Of a stretch of DNA of 64,000 nucleotides, positions 1 through 12,477 are shown piece after piece (position 1 is the stretch's first letter; each line of letters starts with the position of its first letter). The notes under the pieces were generated by a model that was not told where the DNA came from, did not search any database, and worked only from the letters and a program-made list of their open reading frames with translations. A program made the position numbers and the translations under genes. The stretch lies in NCBI GenBank assembly GCA_964016885.1, contig OZ024751.1, forward strand, positions 47,430,001-47,494,000. Direction: 5' to 3'. Source of the stretch: Eledone cirrhosa. Taxonomy: Eukaryota.

Positions 1-35
1 TGGTTTTATAAATATAGTTTCCATTTATTAATATC
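1..35 (+). mobile_element. 3' end of a PLE pseudo-LTR (same family as 45362-49268), followed by (TA)n
   Basis: tggttttataaatatagtttccatttatt matches 49231-49259 and closely matches 26273-26301; runs into (TA)n at 38-150. Confidence 0.75.
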
Positions 36-56
36 GTATATATATATATATGTATG

Positions 57-140
<84 letters not shown>

Positions 141-305
141 CATATATATGATATTATTTCGTTTTGGGGTTTTGGCTACACTCTTCATTTTTCATGTTGA
201 TCTTAAACGTAGCGAATCGATCGGAGCTTGCATTTAATTATCAAATGTTTGACTTTCATGTAATCTACAGCGTGTGCGCATGTGCGAGTGATTTTTATAT
301 TGTTT

Positions 306-341
<36 letters not shown>

Positions 342-693
342 TTTACTTCTTTCTTTTTACTTCTTTCTTTTTACTTCTTTCTTTTTACTTCTTTCTTTCT
401 TCGTCCCCTCTCCATCGGATGTAGTGTTGCTTGGTAACTTTTTAATTGTACTCAATCACTGTGATTAAATGTATTTCCCTTCATCTGTCCCTTAATTCTT
501 CCCCTCTCCTCAGGGGCGTGGGAATTCTGCAGGATGTATCACATCTCGTCATCCATCTCTGTTGCAAGCCAAGGCTTGGGTTGTTTGAGAAGTTTTTTTT
601 TGCTGGTCTATCCTATATTTTCTTCGGATGTCTTTGCCTTCTTTTTTTTTTACCTGAACTGTTCCTTGGGGAGCGGTCTTCGTCAATAAATAA

Positions 694-726
694 ACAACAA
701 CAACAACAACAACGACAACGACAACG

Positions 727-775
<49 letters not shown>
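694..775. repeat. (CAA)n microsatellite
   Basis: Direct reading; explains the poly-Q and poly-V ORFs. Confidence 0.95.
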
Positions 776-776
<1 letters not shown>

Positions 777-789
777 AATGATGATAGTA

Positions 790-970
790 ATAATTGTTTT
801 TACTTTTGGCACAAAGCCAGCAATTACCCAGTGTATTACTGGTGCTTTATTTTATCGACCCCGTAAGGATGAAAGGCAAAGTTAACCTCGGCAGGATTTG
901 AACTCAGGCCGTAAAGGGACGTAACTATGCTGGAAAGCATGGTGTCCAACCCTCTACCCATACTGCCAAT
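790..970 (-). mobile_element. tRNA-derived SINE (octopus-type, Meta-domain-like core)
   Basis: Minus strand has a B-box-like GAGTTCAAATCC and the core GCCTTTCATCCTTACGGGGTCGATAAAATAAAG; many related copies in the window. Confidence 0.85.
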
Positions 971-984
971 AATAATATTGGTCC

Positions 985-1140
985 AGTCCTCTTTTTTGGA
1001 ACACTTCAAAAGGCATGCTTGCTGGGACCAGCAAGAACTCTCCGATACGTCCTGAATATCTAAGGCTGCAGGTAGAAGCTTGATGTTCATTTGAACAAAT
1101 TTTCCAGTTAAATAACATCAATGACTGAGACTCAAAGAAT
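985..1140 (+). mobile_element. Short 3' fragment of a Dong/R4-type LINE
   Basis: Encodes FGTLQKACLLG.ARTLRYVLNI like the C-terminus of ORF 3315-6005; 3'UTR ends in (AAT)n. Confidence 0.85.
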
Positions 1141-1224
1141 AATAATAATAATAATAGTAATAATAATAATTATAAATATTGATTTTTAATTTGATTTGAA
1201 TAAAATTAATTATTTTCATACTGT

Positions 1225-1440
1225 TTTAGTCGTCCTCATACTGGATTTTCCAGATAATTATTGCTGATCCAATTAAACACATTTTTGCACAGCTTCAATA
1301 ACCTAATTAAAGTGTAGCCTTGCAAAATTTACTTTGAAATTCTTTGTCATGGTTCCAAAGACTTCAATGACAATTGGCAATATCAGGGACTTATCAACTT
1401 CGTTTTTACAGCACTTGAAAATATTTCATATTTCAAGGCA
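1225..1440 (-). pseudogene. Degenerate RLE C-terminus of an older R4-like LINE
   Basis: Minus strand reads ...LILPIVIEVFGTMTKNF, resembling KVIPIVIGALGTI; contains stops. Confidence 0.45.
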
Positions 1441-2252
1441 TGTTCTACTTGGCATAATGTTCTACGTTTTCTTTCTTTTTTCTTTCCTTCTCTATGAAAT
1501 CGAGATGGAGTGGCTGTTCCAGCACGTCTCCTTTGCCGTCCTCCAAGGAAATTTTCTTTTCCATCCTGTTGGCTGGGATTATGAATCGGACTGACCTTTA
1601 AGTCTCATTTCTGGTGATGGCATGTCAGGGGTAGTGGAAACATTTCTGAATTGGTGGTGGTGGTGGTGGTGGTGGGGCGGTGCAAATTTGTCAATTTAGT
1701 TGTAGTGATTAGTTTAGCTGTTATCAATCACGATATTGAAAAAAAACTTCGATATTCGATAAACATAACATATACATAAATTGTAGAGCATATACAAATA
1801 GATGTATGTTTTGGTAGCTTGGAGTGAAAATATATAATTATTGGGGGGAGACATGCCCCCCCCCCGTTCCACCGCCCCTATATGTGGATTAGATTTACTT
1901 CCATAATCATGATTAGCAAAGTAAGTGAAAACTTTTAATAGTAACTCTCTTTCCTTTCCTCACTATACATACACAAACACTGTCTCGATTTAGTTTTCAT
2001 CCGTGTTCAATCAAATGGATATGGTACGACAATTCCAAAGTCGACTTTCTTCTTAATATAAATGATTCTCAATATCCGCCGAACTCTGCTGTATTTTCCT
2101 TTCGGTTTGTATAGAAAAGTCCCATAGCAACCTCGCTTCATTGTTTCCACAAAATGGTCATAGCTTTTTTCTGTGGATCCAAAGCCAAATCTCTGGCAGA
2201 AATTACAGTCAACTTATTGCAGATAATTTACCGTGACTCTTATTATTATTAT

Positions 2253-3207
2253 TGGAGACTGGAATGTCTTCAGGCGCTCACAGCCCTCGACCAATCGGGC
2301 AATGTGATCGGTGGAAACTCCACCTCGGCGTTCTATAGAGGATTAGTGGAGGGGAAGAGCGACGACGTACTTGGGGAAACTCTAGGCGTCGACGAAAATC
2401 AACTAGCCAATCTCTTCGGAAGAACTTTCGGGCCAGGGCCTATGGACAACTTCCAGAAATCTCTGGCCTGGCAGTGCTACCGAGGAGCCTTGCCAGTTCG
2501 GGATAAACTCTACAGGCATGGAGGTGCCGTCACGCGGGCATGTCCGAGATGCGCGCAGGGCGACGAAACCGTCCTGCACGCACTCGTCCAGTGTCCGAAA
2601 ATTGCTGATTTGTGGGTTTATGTCGAACACCTGCTGTCGCGTTTAGGACGGATCCGGCTATCATCTGAGTCCATCGTGAGGATTGCCCCGCCCTCCTCCT
2701 TTAGCCGGGAAGGGCAGGCAGTTTTTATCTGTCTGGTGGCCATGGCGAAAGAGATAGTATGGTGGACACGTTTGAAAGGGCTGAAGACGAGCACTTACCT
2801 CTTCGGTGATGCTCTGATTGACTTTTTCAAATTTCATTTGAAAAGGAAAATCAGAGTAGAGAGGGAAGTGCTCTCTTCCCAGCATTTTGTTGAAAGATGG
2901 GTGAGAGAAGCAAGAATGGCCCGAGTGAATGGGCCTACTCTGAGTATATATCTGTAAATTAAAGGTGGAAAACTGTGAGAGGGCACTTGCCTTGGTGGTC
3001 AAGGTCATTGTGGCTTTTTACTGGGCTTTCTCCACAAATGTCCCTCCGAAGTCTCCCCCCTATTGGGGAATTTTTCATTGTTATTTTTTGTTACATCCTC
3101 TGTTTTTGTTTTTTACACGCAGAAATGCCCATTTGTACCGTCCTGTATTGTCCTGCACTGTCCTTAATGTCTACTTTATGTAAACCCTTGTGGTTAATAA
3201 AGAAATC
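2253..3207 (+). mobile_element. 5'-truncated Tx1/L1-clade LINE 3' end (zf-RVT region plus 3'UTR) in (ATT)n
   Basis: ORF with LAWQCYRGALPVR...CPRC...ETVLHALVQC; AATAAA at the 3' end; (TAT)n on both sides; homologous to 39391-41311. Confidence 0.9.
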
Positions 3208-3240
3208 ATTATTATTATTATTATTATTGTTATTGTTATT

Positions 3241-5934
3241 CCTTGAATCTCAGTCATTGATGTTGGTTAACTGGAAAGTCCGTTGGATTGAATATCAAGC
3301 CACTACCTGCAGCCTCAGATATTCAGGACGTATCGGAGGGTTCTTGCCGTTCCAAGCAAGCATGCCTTTTGAAGCGTTCCAAAAAGCGTGAAGGGGCCGA
3401 TTTTCTTTAACCATCCCTGGAAACCTTTGGAGATAGTCCCCAGTGCGCCTATGACAATCGGGATCACTTTGACTTCATGGCAGTTCCAAATCCTTTTCAC
3501 CTCCCACTTTAGGTCCTGGTATCGGTTAATTTTCTCCCTCTCCTTCTCTTGCACTCTCGTGTCGAACGGGCAGGCCACATCCACAATCAGGCACGATCTT
3601 TTTTCTTTGTCCACAACCACCAGGTCAGGTCTATTGTGTTCCAGTTTTTTGTCCATCTGTATCCTAAAATCCCACAGCACCTTCACCTGACTGTTCTCCA
3701 TCACCGCCTCTGGCCTATGCTCATACCATTTCTCAGAATGTGGTAGATTGTTTACTTTGCACAGGTGCCAGTGGATCACCCTGCCCATCACATCGTGTCT
3801 CCAGCCCTTATAGTGGGTCTGGGCTAGGTGTTTACACTCGGACACAATGTGAGCCACAGTCTCCTCTCTCTCTCCACAGATCCTGCACAGTGGGCTAGCC
3901 TCCTCCTTGTAGATATGGTGCTTCAACCACTTCGTTTTGAGGGCCTGCTCCTGCGCAGCCATTAGCATTCCTTCTGTAGCCTTTTTGAGGTCTCCTCTTC
4001 TCAACCAGTTCCATGTCTGTGCATCTCTAAATTCAGTTTTCTCAAAGAAGGTACTATGAAGGGATTTTCCCTTAAGGCTGCTCTTCCTCCTTGATGTTAT
4101 TTCCTCCTTGGATATCCCCTGGCCTACTGTCCCCTCCTTCAGTACAGCTCTGAGCATTGGCTCCTTACTATAGGTCACGTATTTGTATAGGTTGTTTTTC
4201 TCCATCTGAACACAGTCCTCTATGCTGATAAGACCTCTTCCACCCTCAGATCTCCTTAGGTAGAGTCTATCGACATCACTCCTCTTGTGGAACATGTTGT
4301 AGATAGTCAATAGCTTCCTAGTCTTCCTATCCATTTCTTCCCGTTCAGCAACATTCCATCTCAGAATTCCCGCACTGTACCTAATAATAGACACAGCTCG
4401 GGAATTTACTGCGCTTATGGCATTTCTGCTGTTCAGATGTGACTTCAATACGCTCCTTACTCTCCGAATGTATTCAGTTCTTAACAATTCCTTCATTTTT
4501 TTGTTCTTTATGCCATCAGCCTCCAGAACGCCCAAATACTTGTATCCTTCCTCAGAGTCAATTTCCTTTATCATCTCACCTGTTGGTATCTGGATCCCGT
4601 TACTTCTGCTCAACCTACCCCTCCTCATCACAATGACTCCACATTTACCAATACCAAACTGCATACATATATCACTGCTGAAAATACGGACAGTGTCAAC
4701 AAGCACATCCAACTCCTTCTCACTTTTCCCGAAGAGCTTAAGATCGTCCATGAAGAGGAGGTGATTGATGGTAAGCTCTCCCCTTCCCAACTTGTATCCT
4801 GCTCTCACTTTTCGCAGCATAATGGTCAAGGGCATCAGGGCAAGGACAAACAACAGAGGGGACAGGCTATCTCCCTGGAAGATACCTCTCTTGATCTTCA
4901 CGCTTCCCAAGGATACTCCAGTTGATGTCAACTCTGTCTCCCAGGACCCCATACTCCTGCCCAGCAACTGTCTGATGTTATCTGCCACCCTGAAGATCTC
5001 CAGGCTTTTGGTGATCCAGGAATGAGGCACCATGTCAAATGCCTTTCTGTAGTCTATCCATCCCATGGCAAGATCAGTGTGTATCCTCCTGCAATTCCCC
5101 ATTACCATCTTATCAATAAGCAACTGGTCCTTTGTACCACGTGACTTCTTTCGGCATCCTTTCTGTTCGTCCGGCAACAAGTTGTTTGTGTGGAGGTGAT
5201 GGTAGATTTCCTCAGACACAATGCTCGTCAACAGTTTCCACATTACGGGCAGACATGTGATAGGTCTATAGTTGGTAACATCATTACCCTTGATTCGGTC
5301 TTTCATTATCAGAACTGTGGTACCTTTTGTCAACCACTCTGGCACCTCACCCGACACCAAGCAGTCATTGAACATGGCCGTCAGCTTCGGGTGGAGGGAT
5401 GTTAAATGTTTAATCCAATACCCCTGCACACCATCTGGGCCTGGTGATTTCCAGTTGGTTAGTTTTTTGGCTTTCCCCTTAAGAGTTTCAACTGTGATAC
5501 TCAAATCAGTCTGTTGCTGTGCCTGCTCACCGATCTCCCTCTGTACTGTCTCAATCCACCCTGCCTGGGCATTGTGTCTAACATCCTGCTCCCATATTCC
5601 TCTCCAGAATGTTTTAGCTTGTTCCGCCCCAGGGATCAAGTCGTTGCCTCTTTCTTTCCCCTCAAGCTGTCCAAACAGCATCTTCTGGTTGTTGTCGAAC
5701 ATGCGGTTCTGTTTATACTGACTGACTCTGTTCTCGTATCGCCTGATTTTGGCACTCTTTGCTACAATGCGTTGCTTCAATTCCTCTATGATAATATTTA
5801 GCTTTTTACTCCTAGTTTTGTATTTTATTTCCAGTCTATTTTTAGTGCCTATGTTTTTTAGTGTCCCATTCAGTAGTGACTCAAGCTTTCCTATGTCATT
5901 TCTCATTTCCTCGATTTGCCCACTCAGTCGCTTC

Positions 5935-5937
<3 letters not shown>
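3241..5937 (-). mobile_element. Dong/R4-clade non-LTR retrotransposon, copy 1 (5'-truncated; RT, CCHC, RLE)
   Basis: ORF 3315-5937: SPGPDG, NYRPITCL, IDYRKAFD, GIFQGDSLSP, LFMDD, CRIC..ETVAHIVSEC, RPDLV..IVDVA; flanked by (TAA)n, the known Dong target. Confidence 0.93.
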
Positions 5938-5988
<51 letters not shown>

Positions 5989-5989
<1 letters not shown>

Positions 5990-6956
5990 CTTGAATCTCA
6001 GTCATTGATGTTGGTTAACTGGAAAGTCCGTTGGAATAAATATCAAGCCACTACCTGCAGCCTCATATATTCAGGACGTATCGGAGGGTTCTTGCTGTTC
6101 CCAGCAAGCATGCCTTTTGAAGCGTTCCAAAAAGCGTGAAGGGGCCGATTTTCTTTAACCATCCCTGGAAACTTTTGGAGATAGTCCCCAGTGCGCCTAT
6201 GACAATCGGGATCACTTTGACTTCATGGCAGTTCCAAATCCTTTTTACCCCCACTTTAAGTCCTGGTATCGGTTAATTTTCTCCCTCTCCTTCTCTTGCA
6301 CTCTCGTGTCGAATGTGCAGGCCACATTCACAATCAGACACGATCTTTTTTCTTTGTCCACAACCACCAGGTCAGGTCTATTGTGTTCGAGTTTCTTGTC
6401 CGTCTGTATCCTAAAATCCCACAGCACCTTCACCTAATCGTTCTCCATCACCGCCTCTGGCCTATGCTCATACCACTTCTCAGAATGTGGTAAATTGTTT
6501 ACTTTGCACAGGTGCCAGTGGATCATCCTGCCCATCACATCATGTCTCCAGCCCTTATAGTGGGTCTGGGCTAGGTGTTTACACTCGGATACAATGTGAG
6601 CCACAGTCTCCTTTCTCTCTCCACAGAACCTGCACAGTGGGCTAGCCTCCTCCTTGTAAATATGGTGTTTCAACCACTTCGTTTTGAGGGCCTGCTCCTG
6701 CGCAGCCATTAACATTCCTTCTGTAGCCTTTTTGAGGTCTCCTCTTCTCAACCAGTTCCATGTCTGTGGATCTCTAAATTCAGTTTTCTCAAAGAAGGTA
6801 CTATGAAGGGATTTTCCCCGAAGGCTGCTCTTTCTCCTTGATGTTATTTCCTCCTTGGACATCCCCTGGCCTATTGTCCCCTCCTTCAGTACAGTTCTGA
6901 GCATTGGCTCCTTACTATCAGTCACGTATTTGTATAGGTTGTTTTTCTCCATCTGA
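5989..6956 (-). mobile_element. Dong/R4 LINE copy 2 (short 5'-truncated, decayed)
   Basis: Near-identical to 3241-4208, with a stop and a frameshift; bounded by (TAA)n. Confidence 0.92.
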
Positions 6957-6995
<39 letters not shown>

Positions 6996-9560
6996 TGCAT
7001 TCATCTTGCTTTATGTTTATACGAGTTATCACCAAGTCACAACCAGTGACCTCAAGAGACAACAAGGTCCGCCATGTTCAAGAAAGAACACACATATTCA
7101 CACATGCATCCTTAGTGTTTAGACTTGTGATGTACTTATATTGACAGGATCTTCCTTAGTATATGGGCAGTTCCCATTAGTACTATCTTTTGTATTTCTC
7201 CTATACGCGGGTTTCCTGGGATTTGCGATAAGTAGTCGTTAGACCCCTTAGGTATCATTCCCAGAGCGCCTACAACCACTGGTATTGTTTTAGTTCTCAA
7301 TTTCCACATTTTTCCAATTTCTATCTCCAGGTCCTTATACTTGCTCAATTTTTCAAATGTTTTTATAGATACATTCTTGTCTATTGGAACAGACATATCA
7401 ATTAGCAGGCATACCCTCCTTTGAAAGTCCTTCAATATTATATCAGGTCTATTTGCATCTATTTTTCGGTCTGTTTGGATGCTAAAGTTCCACAAGATTG
7501 AGATGTGATCTTTTTCAAGTATGGGAGGTGGTTGATGCTCCCACCAATTCTTTTGATGGGGCAGGTCAAAATGCTTACACATTATCCAATGTATGTATTG
7601 TGCAGCTCTGTCATGCCTGTTTAGGTATTCGGTTGGAGCTATAGGACTGCACATTGAAATTATATGGTCAATGGTCTCTGGTTGTTTTTTGCATACACGG
7701 CATAATGAGCTGCACCCATTTTTTATTATGTTGGCTTGGTAATTTTTTGTTGGCAGACACTGATCTTGTGCGGATATAATCAGTCCTTCAGTCTCCGATT
7801 TCAGTCCAGAGGATGCCAACCACTGATGGGTTAAAGTTTTGTCAACATCAGGATTGCTAGCTCGCTCTGGGTATTTTCCATACAGAGGCTTTTCTTGCCA
7901 TTTCTTAGCCAGTTTCTGTAGCAGTTCTTTCTTTGCAGTTACTTTTACCTGCTTTGCTTTTTCTGTGTTTTCCATTTCAGCAGTAAATGGGACTTCTGAA
8001 ATGTGTAGTCCATTACTGTATCTTTGTGCATCTTTTGTAATGGAATATGATCTTTTGGTGCTTTCGTGTTTCAAAACGAGTTTGATCATCCAATCATGAG
8101 ATTCCCTTAGATATGTGGATAATCCAATTGTTGCAGTTTTCAACGCAATGTCTAACTGGATTAACCCACGTCCTCCTTCTTTCCTAGGGAGATATATTCT
8201 ATCTATGTCTGCCTTAGGGTGATGCATTCTGTGCATGGTTAAGAATTTTCGGATTTTTGTATCGAGCCTACGGATCTCTGTGCTTGACCAGTTGATGACA
8301 TTGTAACTGTAGGTTACTACTGGTATGGCAAGCGTGTTTATGGCATCGATCCTATTCCTTGCATTCAATTCCGTTCTTAAGATTGCTCTGACTCTGCGGT
8401 AACATTCCTTCCTTATCCTTTCCCTCATTGTCGAGTGCTTGATTCCGTCTCCTTCACAAACACCTAGATATTTGTAAGTTTGTTCTTGATCAAGCTCTCT
8501 TATCACGTTCCCCCGATCAAGATTAATGTCTAAACTCTTCAGCAGCTTTCCTCTGGTGAACGTTGCTTTGGCGCATTTATCCAGTCCAAACTCCATTTTA
8601 ATGTCATCACTGAACTGCTCCACAGTGGATAATAGCCCTTGCAATTGTTCATCATTTTTTGCAAATAGTTTCAGGTCATCCATGTAGAACAGGTGATTAA
8701 TGGTTTTGTCATAGACTCTATATCCATGTTTTGTTTCATTGAGCATTTTACTTAATGGTATAAGTGCGATGCAGAATAAAAGCGGTGATAAAGAGTCACC
8801 CTGAAAAATTCCACAATTAATGTTAACTTCTCCAGCTTCCAGTGATTTTGTTTCACTATTCAAAAGGAGTGTCGTTCTCCATGTCCTCATACTGAATGAC
8901 AAAAACCTCCTGACAACGGGGGATATTTTGAAAATCTCTAAACATTTTTCAATCCAACTGTGTGGCAAACTATCAAATGCTTTTTTATAATCTATCCAAG
9001 CAATCGATAGATTTTTGTGTCTATTATGACAATCTTCCAGTATCATTTTGTTAACCAGAAGCTGATCCCTACAGCCATATGAGCCTCGTTTACACCCTTT
9101 CTGCTCAATGGGAAATAGGTCATTTGTTATCAGGTGGTCATATGTGTATTCAGTTAGGACTGATGTTAAAATTTTATACATTGTGGTCAAGCAGGTTATC
9201 GGTCTGTAATTTTTGGGATTGTTTGTCTCATCATTCTTCGGTAGCAGGAATGTAATGCCGTTAACTAGCCATGATGGTATCTTTTCTGGCTCCTTAACTA
9301 TTTCATTGTAAAGTTGGGCTAACAGCTCATGAGACTCTGTGAAGGCATTTATCCAAAAGTTTTGTATTTTGTCTTTTCCTGGGGATTTCCATTTGCTGGT
9401 TTTTCTTAGAGCCAAGCGCAGCTGTTCAACTGTTATATTTTCCCATGTTTGTTCTTCAAGGTGAGCTGTTTCTTTCATTTGTCTGTCTATCCATGGGGCA
9501 TGTATGTTATGAACTTTTTCTTCGGCCCAGATCTTTTCCCAGAATTCTTGCACTTCCTCC
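6996..9560 (-). mobile_element. Dong/R4 LINE of a second family (5'-truncated, ORF open)
   Basis: ORF 7136-9560: SPGKD, NYRPITCL, GIFQGDSLSP, FYMDD, CRVC..ETIDHIISMC, RPDII..LIDMS; different 3'UTR; (TAA)n both sides. Confidence 0.92.
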
Positions 9561-9637
<77 letters not shown>

Positions 9638-10474
9638 GTCCATATTGTTTCTATAGTCAGTGTAAATTTTCACTATTGGTAAATGGAAATCAAATTTATT
9701 TCTCTGCTTCAAATCTCTATTCACTTATTTATTGAATTGCTAAAGTAAGCCTTAACTTAACGATCCTATAAATTGTTAGACTTGAAGTTTTCAATTCTCG
9801 TTAGAACAGAAAAATAGTGTAAAAATATGAGGTAAACGAGCAGATTATTTCGATAAATCAACACGGTTAGGACGCCATTTTGTGACGTAAAGACATAAAA
9901 TAGATTTGAGAACTTAATAGGCTGAATATATAGGCTATACGTAGATTTCACTTCATAATTCTAGATATAGTTGTATATATTGGACTTTGCTGTCAATTGG
10001 CGTCTTCTTCTGAAAACTTACCGGAAGTGACTGTATAATTTTATATCATATAGAATTTATACGCTATTTAGATCTTGCATAGGATTCGATGATAAACGTT
10101 CCAGTTCTATCTTCGATCAACTGAATTACCTACTTAAAGAATTAGAGTAAATGGTTGAGTATTCCACTGACAAGATGGACTTTTAATGTAATTCCCAGAC
10201 AGAATGAATGTGACATTAAAGAGCAAGGAGAACAGCAGAGTAAGAAGAAAAGGAGAGCAATGAGAAAAGGAGAGCAAGGAGAGCAATGAGAAAAAGAGAG
10301 CAAGGAGAGCAATGACAAAAGAGAGCAAGAAGAGCAGTGAGAAAGAGAGAGCAATGAGAAAAGAAGAACAAGGAGAGGTTAAGACAAATATTACTTAAGT
10401 TATGCTGGAAGCAGACAAAGGTGAAGAAGAGGAAAAAGAAAAAAATCAACTGAAGAGGTAGATTCTGCACCAAA

Positions 10475-11476
10475 ATGACTTTTCTTCCTTTACAAACATG
10501 GACTTTTGTAACTCCTGGTACAAAAACTTTCTTCACGAGATTTGCTATCAGCTACGATTTCCTCGACAAAGACCCTTCAACATGGAAGGATGATCCTGGT
10601 TACAAAAGTGGACTTGAAAAACTTGAGAAGACAGTTGTTGTGAATGATGTTGCAGAAAGAGGTGTCAAACTCATTCAGGATTACTATAACATTCTCACAA
10701 AAGATGAAACTGAGATACAGATCGTTACTGAAAACCGTAAAACATACCCAACTGCCATTAAATCACCTCTTATGCAAAAATAATGGTTTCTTATTTAGGC
10801 ACAAGGCCAGCAATTTGGAGGGGAGGGAAAAGTCGATGAAATTGACCCCAGTACGTGACTGGTACTTTATTTTATCGACCCCGTAAGGATGAAAGGCAAA
10901 GTTAACCTCGGCGGGATTTTAATTCAGATCATAAAGGGCCGTAACTCTATGCGGCAAAGCATGACGTCCGACCTCCCTCTACCGATACTGCCAATCCACC
11001 GCCCTTATGCAAAAATCCACCCTCTTATGCAAAAATAATGTTCAATATTCAATGTTCAGTGTTCACATTATGTTTTTGATTCTATAGAAATTATTGTTGT
11101 AAATAAAAATGTTTTCCCTTATATAGAAGTCGTGAGCTTTATTAAGAAAACCTTATATTTCTTAAGTTTTTCATGTTATTTCAGGAATTTTTCAAATTAA
11201 CTATTGGTAAATTTGACTGAGAACGTTTTTAAACATTTGCTGGAGTTGCCTGGATGTGTCCACATAAATTTCTCTAAGAAGAAAAAAGAGAATGGTCGAG
11301 ATAGGGAACAGTATACCGCTTTTGAACAGAACTTCAAGGCGTTTGAGGGTCGTCTAACAGTTGTCCGATTAAGCTGAAATTTTGCACTACGTCTTCTCGT
11401 TGATTAGAACAGGATTATGGGGTGGGAGTAAAATGTTAACTTTCGGAAAATTACCTATTGCTAAGGGCCACCCTTA
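10475..11476 (+). mobile_element. hAT (hATm-like) DNA transposon 3' relic
   Basis: ORF 10475-10783 has VVNDVAERGVKLIQDY..ILTKDE; putative terminus ...GGCCACCCTTA at ~11466-11476; a fragment recurs at 18881-18941. Confidence 0.55.
10790..11005 (-). mobile_element. tRNA-derived SINE
   Basis: Same core as 790-970; head GGGCGGTGGATTGGCAGTATCGGTAG; flanked by duplicated CTTATGCAAAAA. Confidence 0.85.
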
Positions 11477-11499
11477 TATATATAAATATATATATATAG

Positions 11500-12000
11500 A
11501 GGGTAACAATATATCATTAAAGGTAATCCGATAAGAGTTTGTGAAAACTACTTATCATGAAATAGTATAAGCATACGGTGCTGTGTGACTCAACAAGAGG
11601 TTTACGTGGGTGACGAGTAAATGACTTCACTTGTTTTCCTATGTAAGTATATCTTGGAGTAATATAAAAGTGAAGAATAACATGGTCGACATTATAAACA
11701 AGGAGATTTATTTACAGTCTGACAATTGTTTCTATGATAGAGAAGTCTAAAAATTGCTAAACACTGAAGATAGTGGCACTCAATTTAAAATACAATCTAT
11801 ATATTTACCGTTACGCATATATTTTGCATTTTTTTTTCTTCAGTGTCCGATGAAATTATGGAGGATCAATGTATTTTAAATTGAGTGTCACTATCTTCAG
11901 TGTTTAGCAATTTTTAGATTTCTCTATCATAGAAACAATTGTCAGACTGTAAATAAATCTCCTTGTTTATACTGTTGACCATGTTATTCTTCCCTTATAT
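11500..12000. mobile_element. PLE-derived fold-back element with HHR
   Basis: Inverted arms ~11661-11797 and ~11867-12000; HHR-like 11841-11949 (CAGTGT-CCGATGA...GAAA-CAATTG-TC-AGACTG); TA flanks. Confidence 0.75.
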
Positions 12001-12032
12001 ATATTTACATATATATATATATATATACATAC

Positions 12033-12073
<41 letters not shown>

Positions 12074-12123
12074 CATACATACATATATATATACATACAT
12101 ATATATATATATACATACATATA

Positions 12124-12199
<76 letters not shown>

Positions 12200-12354
12200 C
12201 ATATCTGTTAGAACACGAAAAGTGTGAAACAACAGAATGTTCACTTTTCGTGTTCTAACATATATGCCTAACATCTTCATAAATTTTTCGGGGATAGCCG
12301 TGGTGGTGGTGATCGTATGTCATTGGCTAATTTTCAACCAATCAGAGTAAGTGT

Positions 12355-12388
<34 letters not shown>

Positions 12389-12437
12389 ACACTTACTCTG
12401 ATTGGTTGTGGTTACCTCCGATTCAACCCGGAATAAC

Positions 12438-12477
<40 letters not shown>

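Noticed and set aside
3388-5994. Antisense ORFs over LINEs (also within 26557-29525, 39667-40969, 52556-55333)
   Set aside because: Shadow frames of RT genes with no motifs.
5938-6005. Poly-Ile and poly-Asn N-termini on Dong ORFs (also 6956-7000 and 9561-9724)
   Set aside because: They are read-through into (TAA)n target sequence at 5'-truncated ends.
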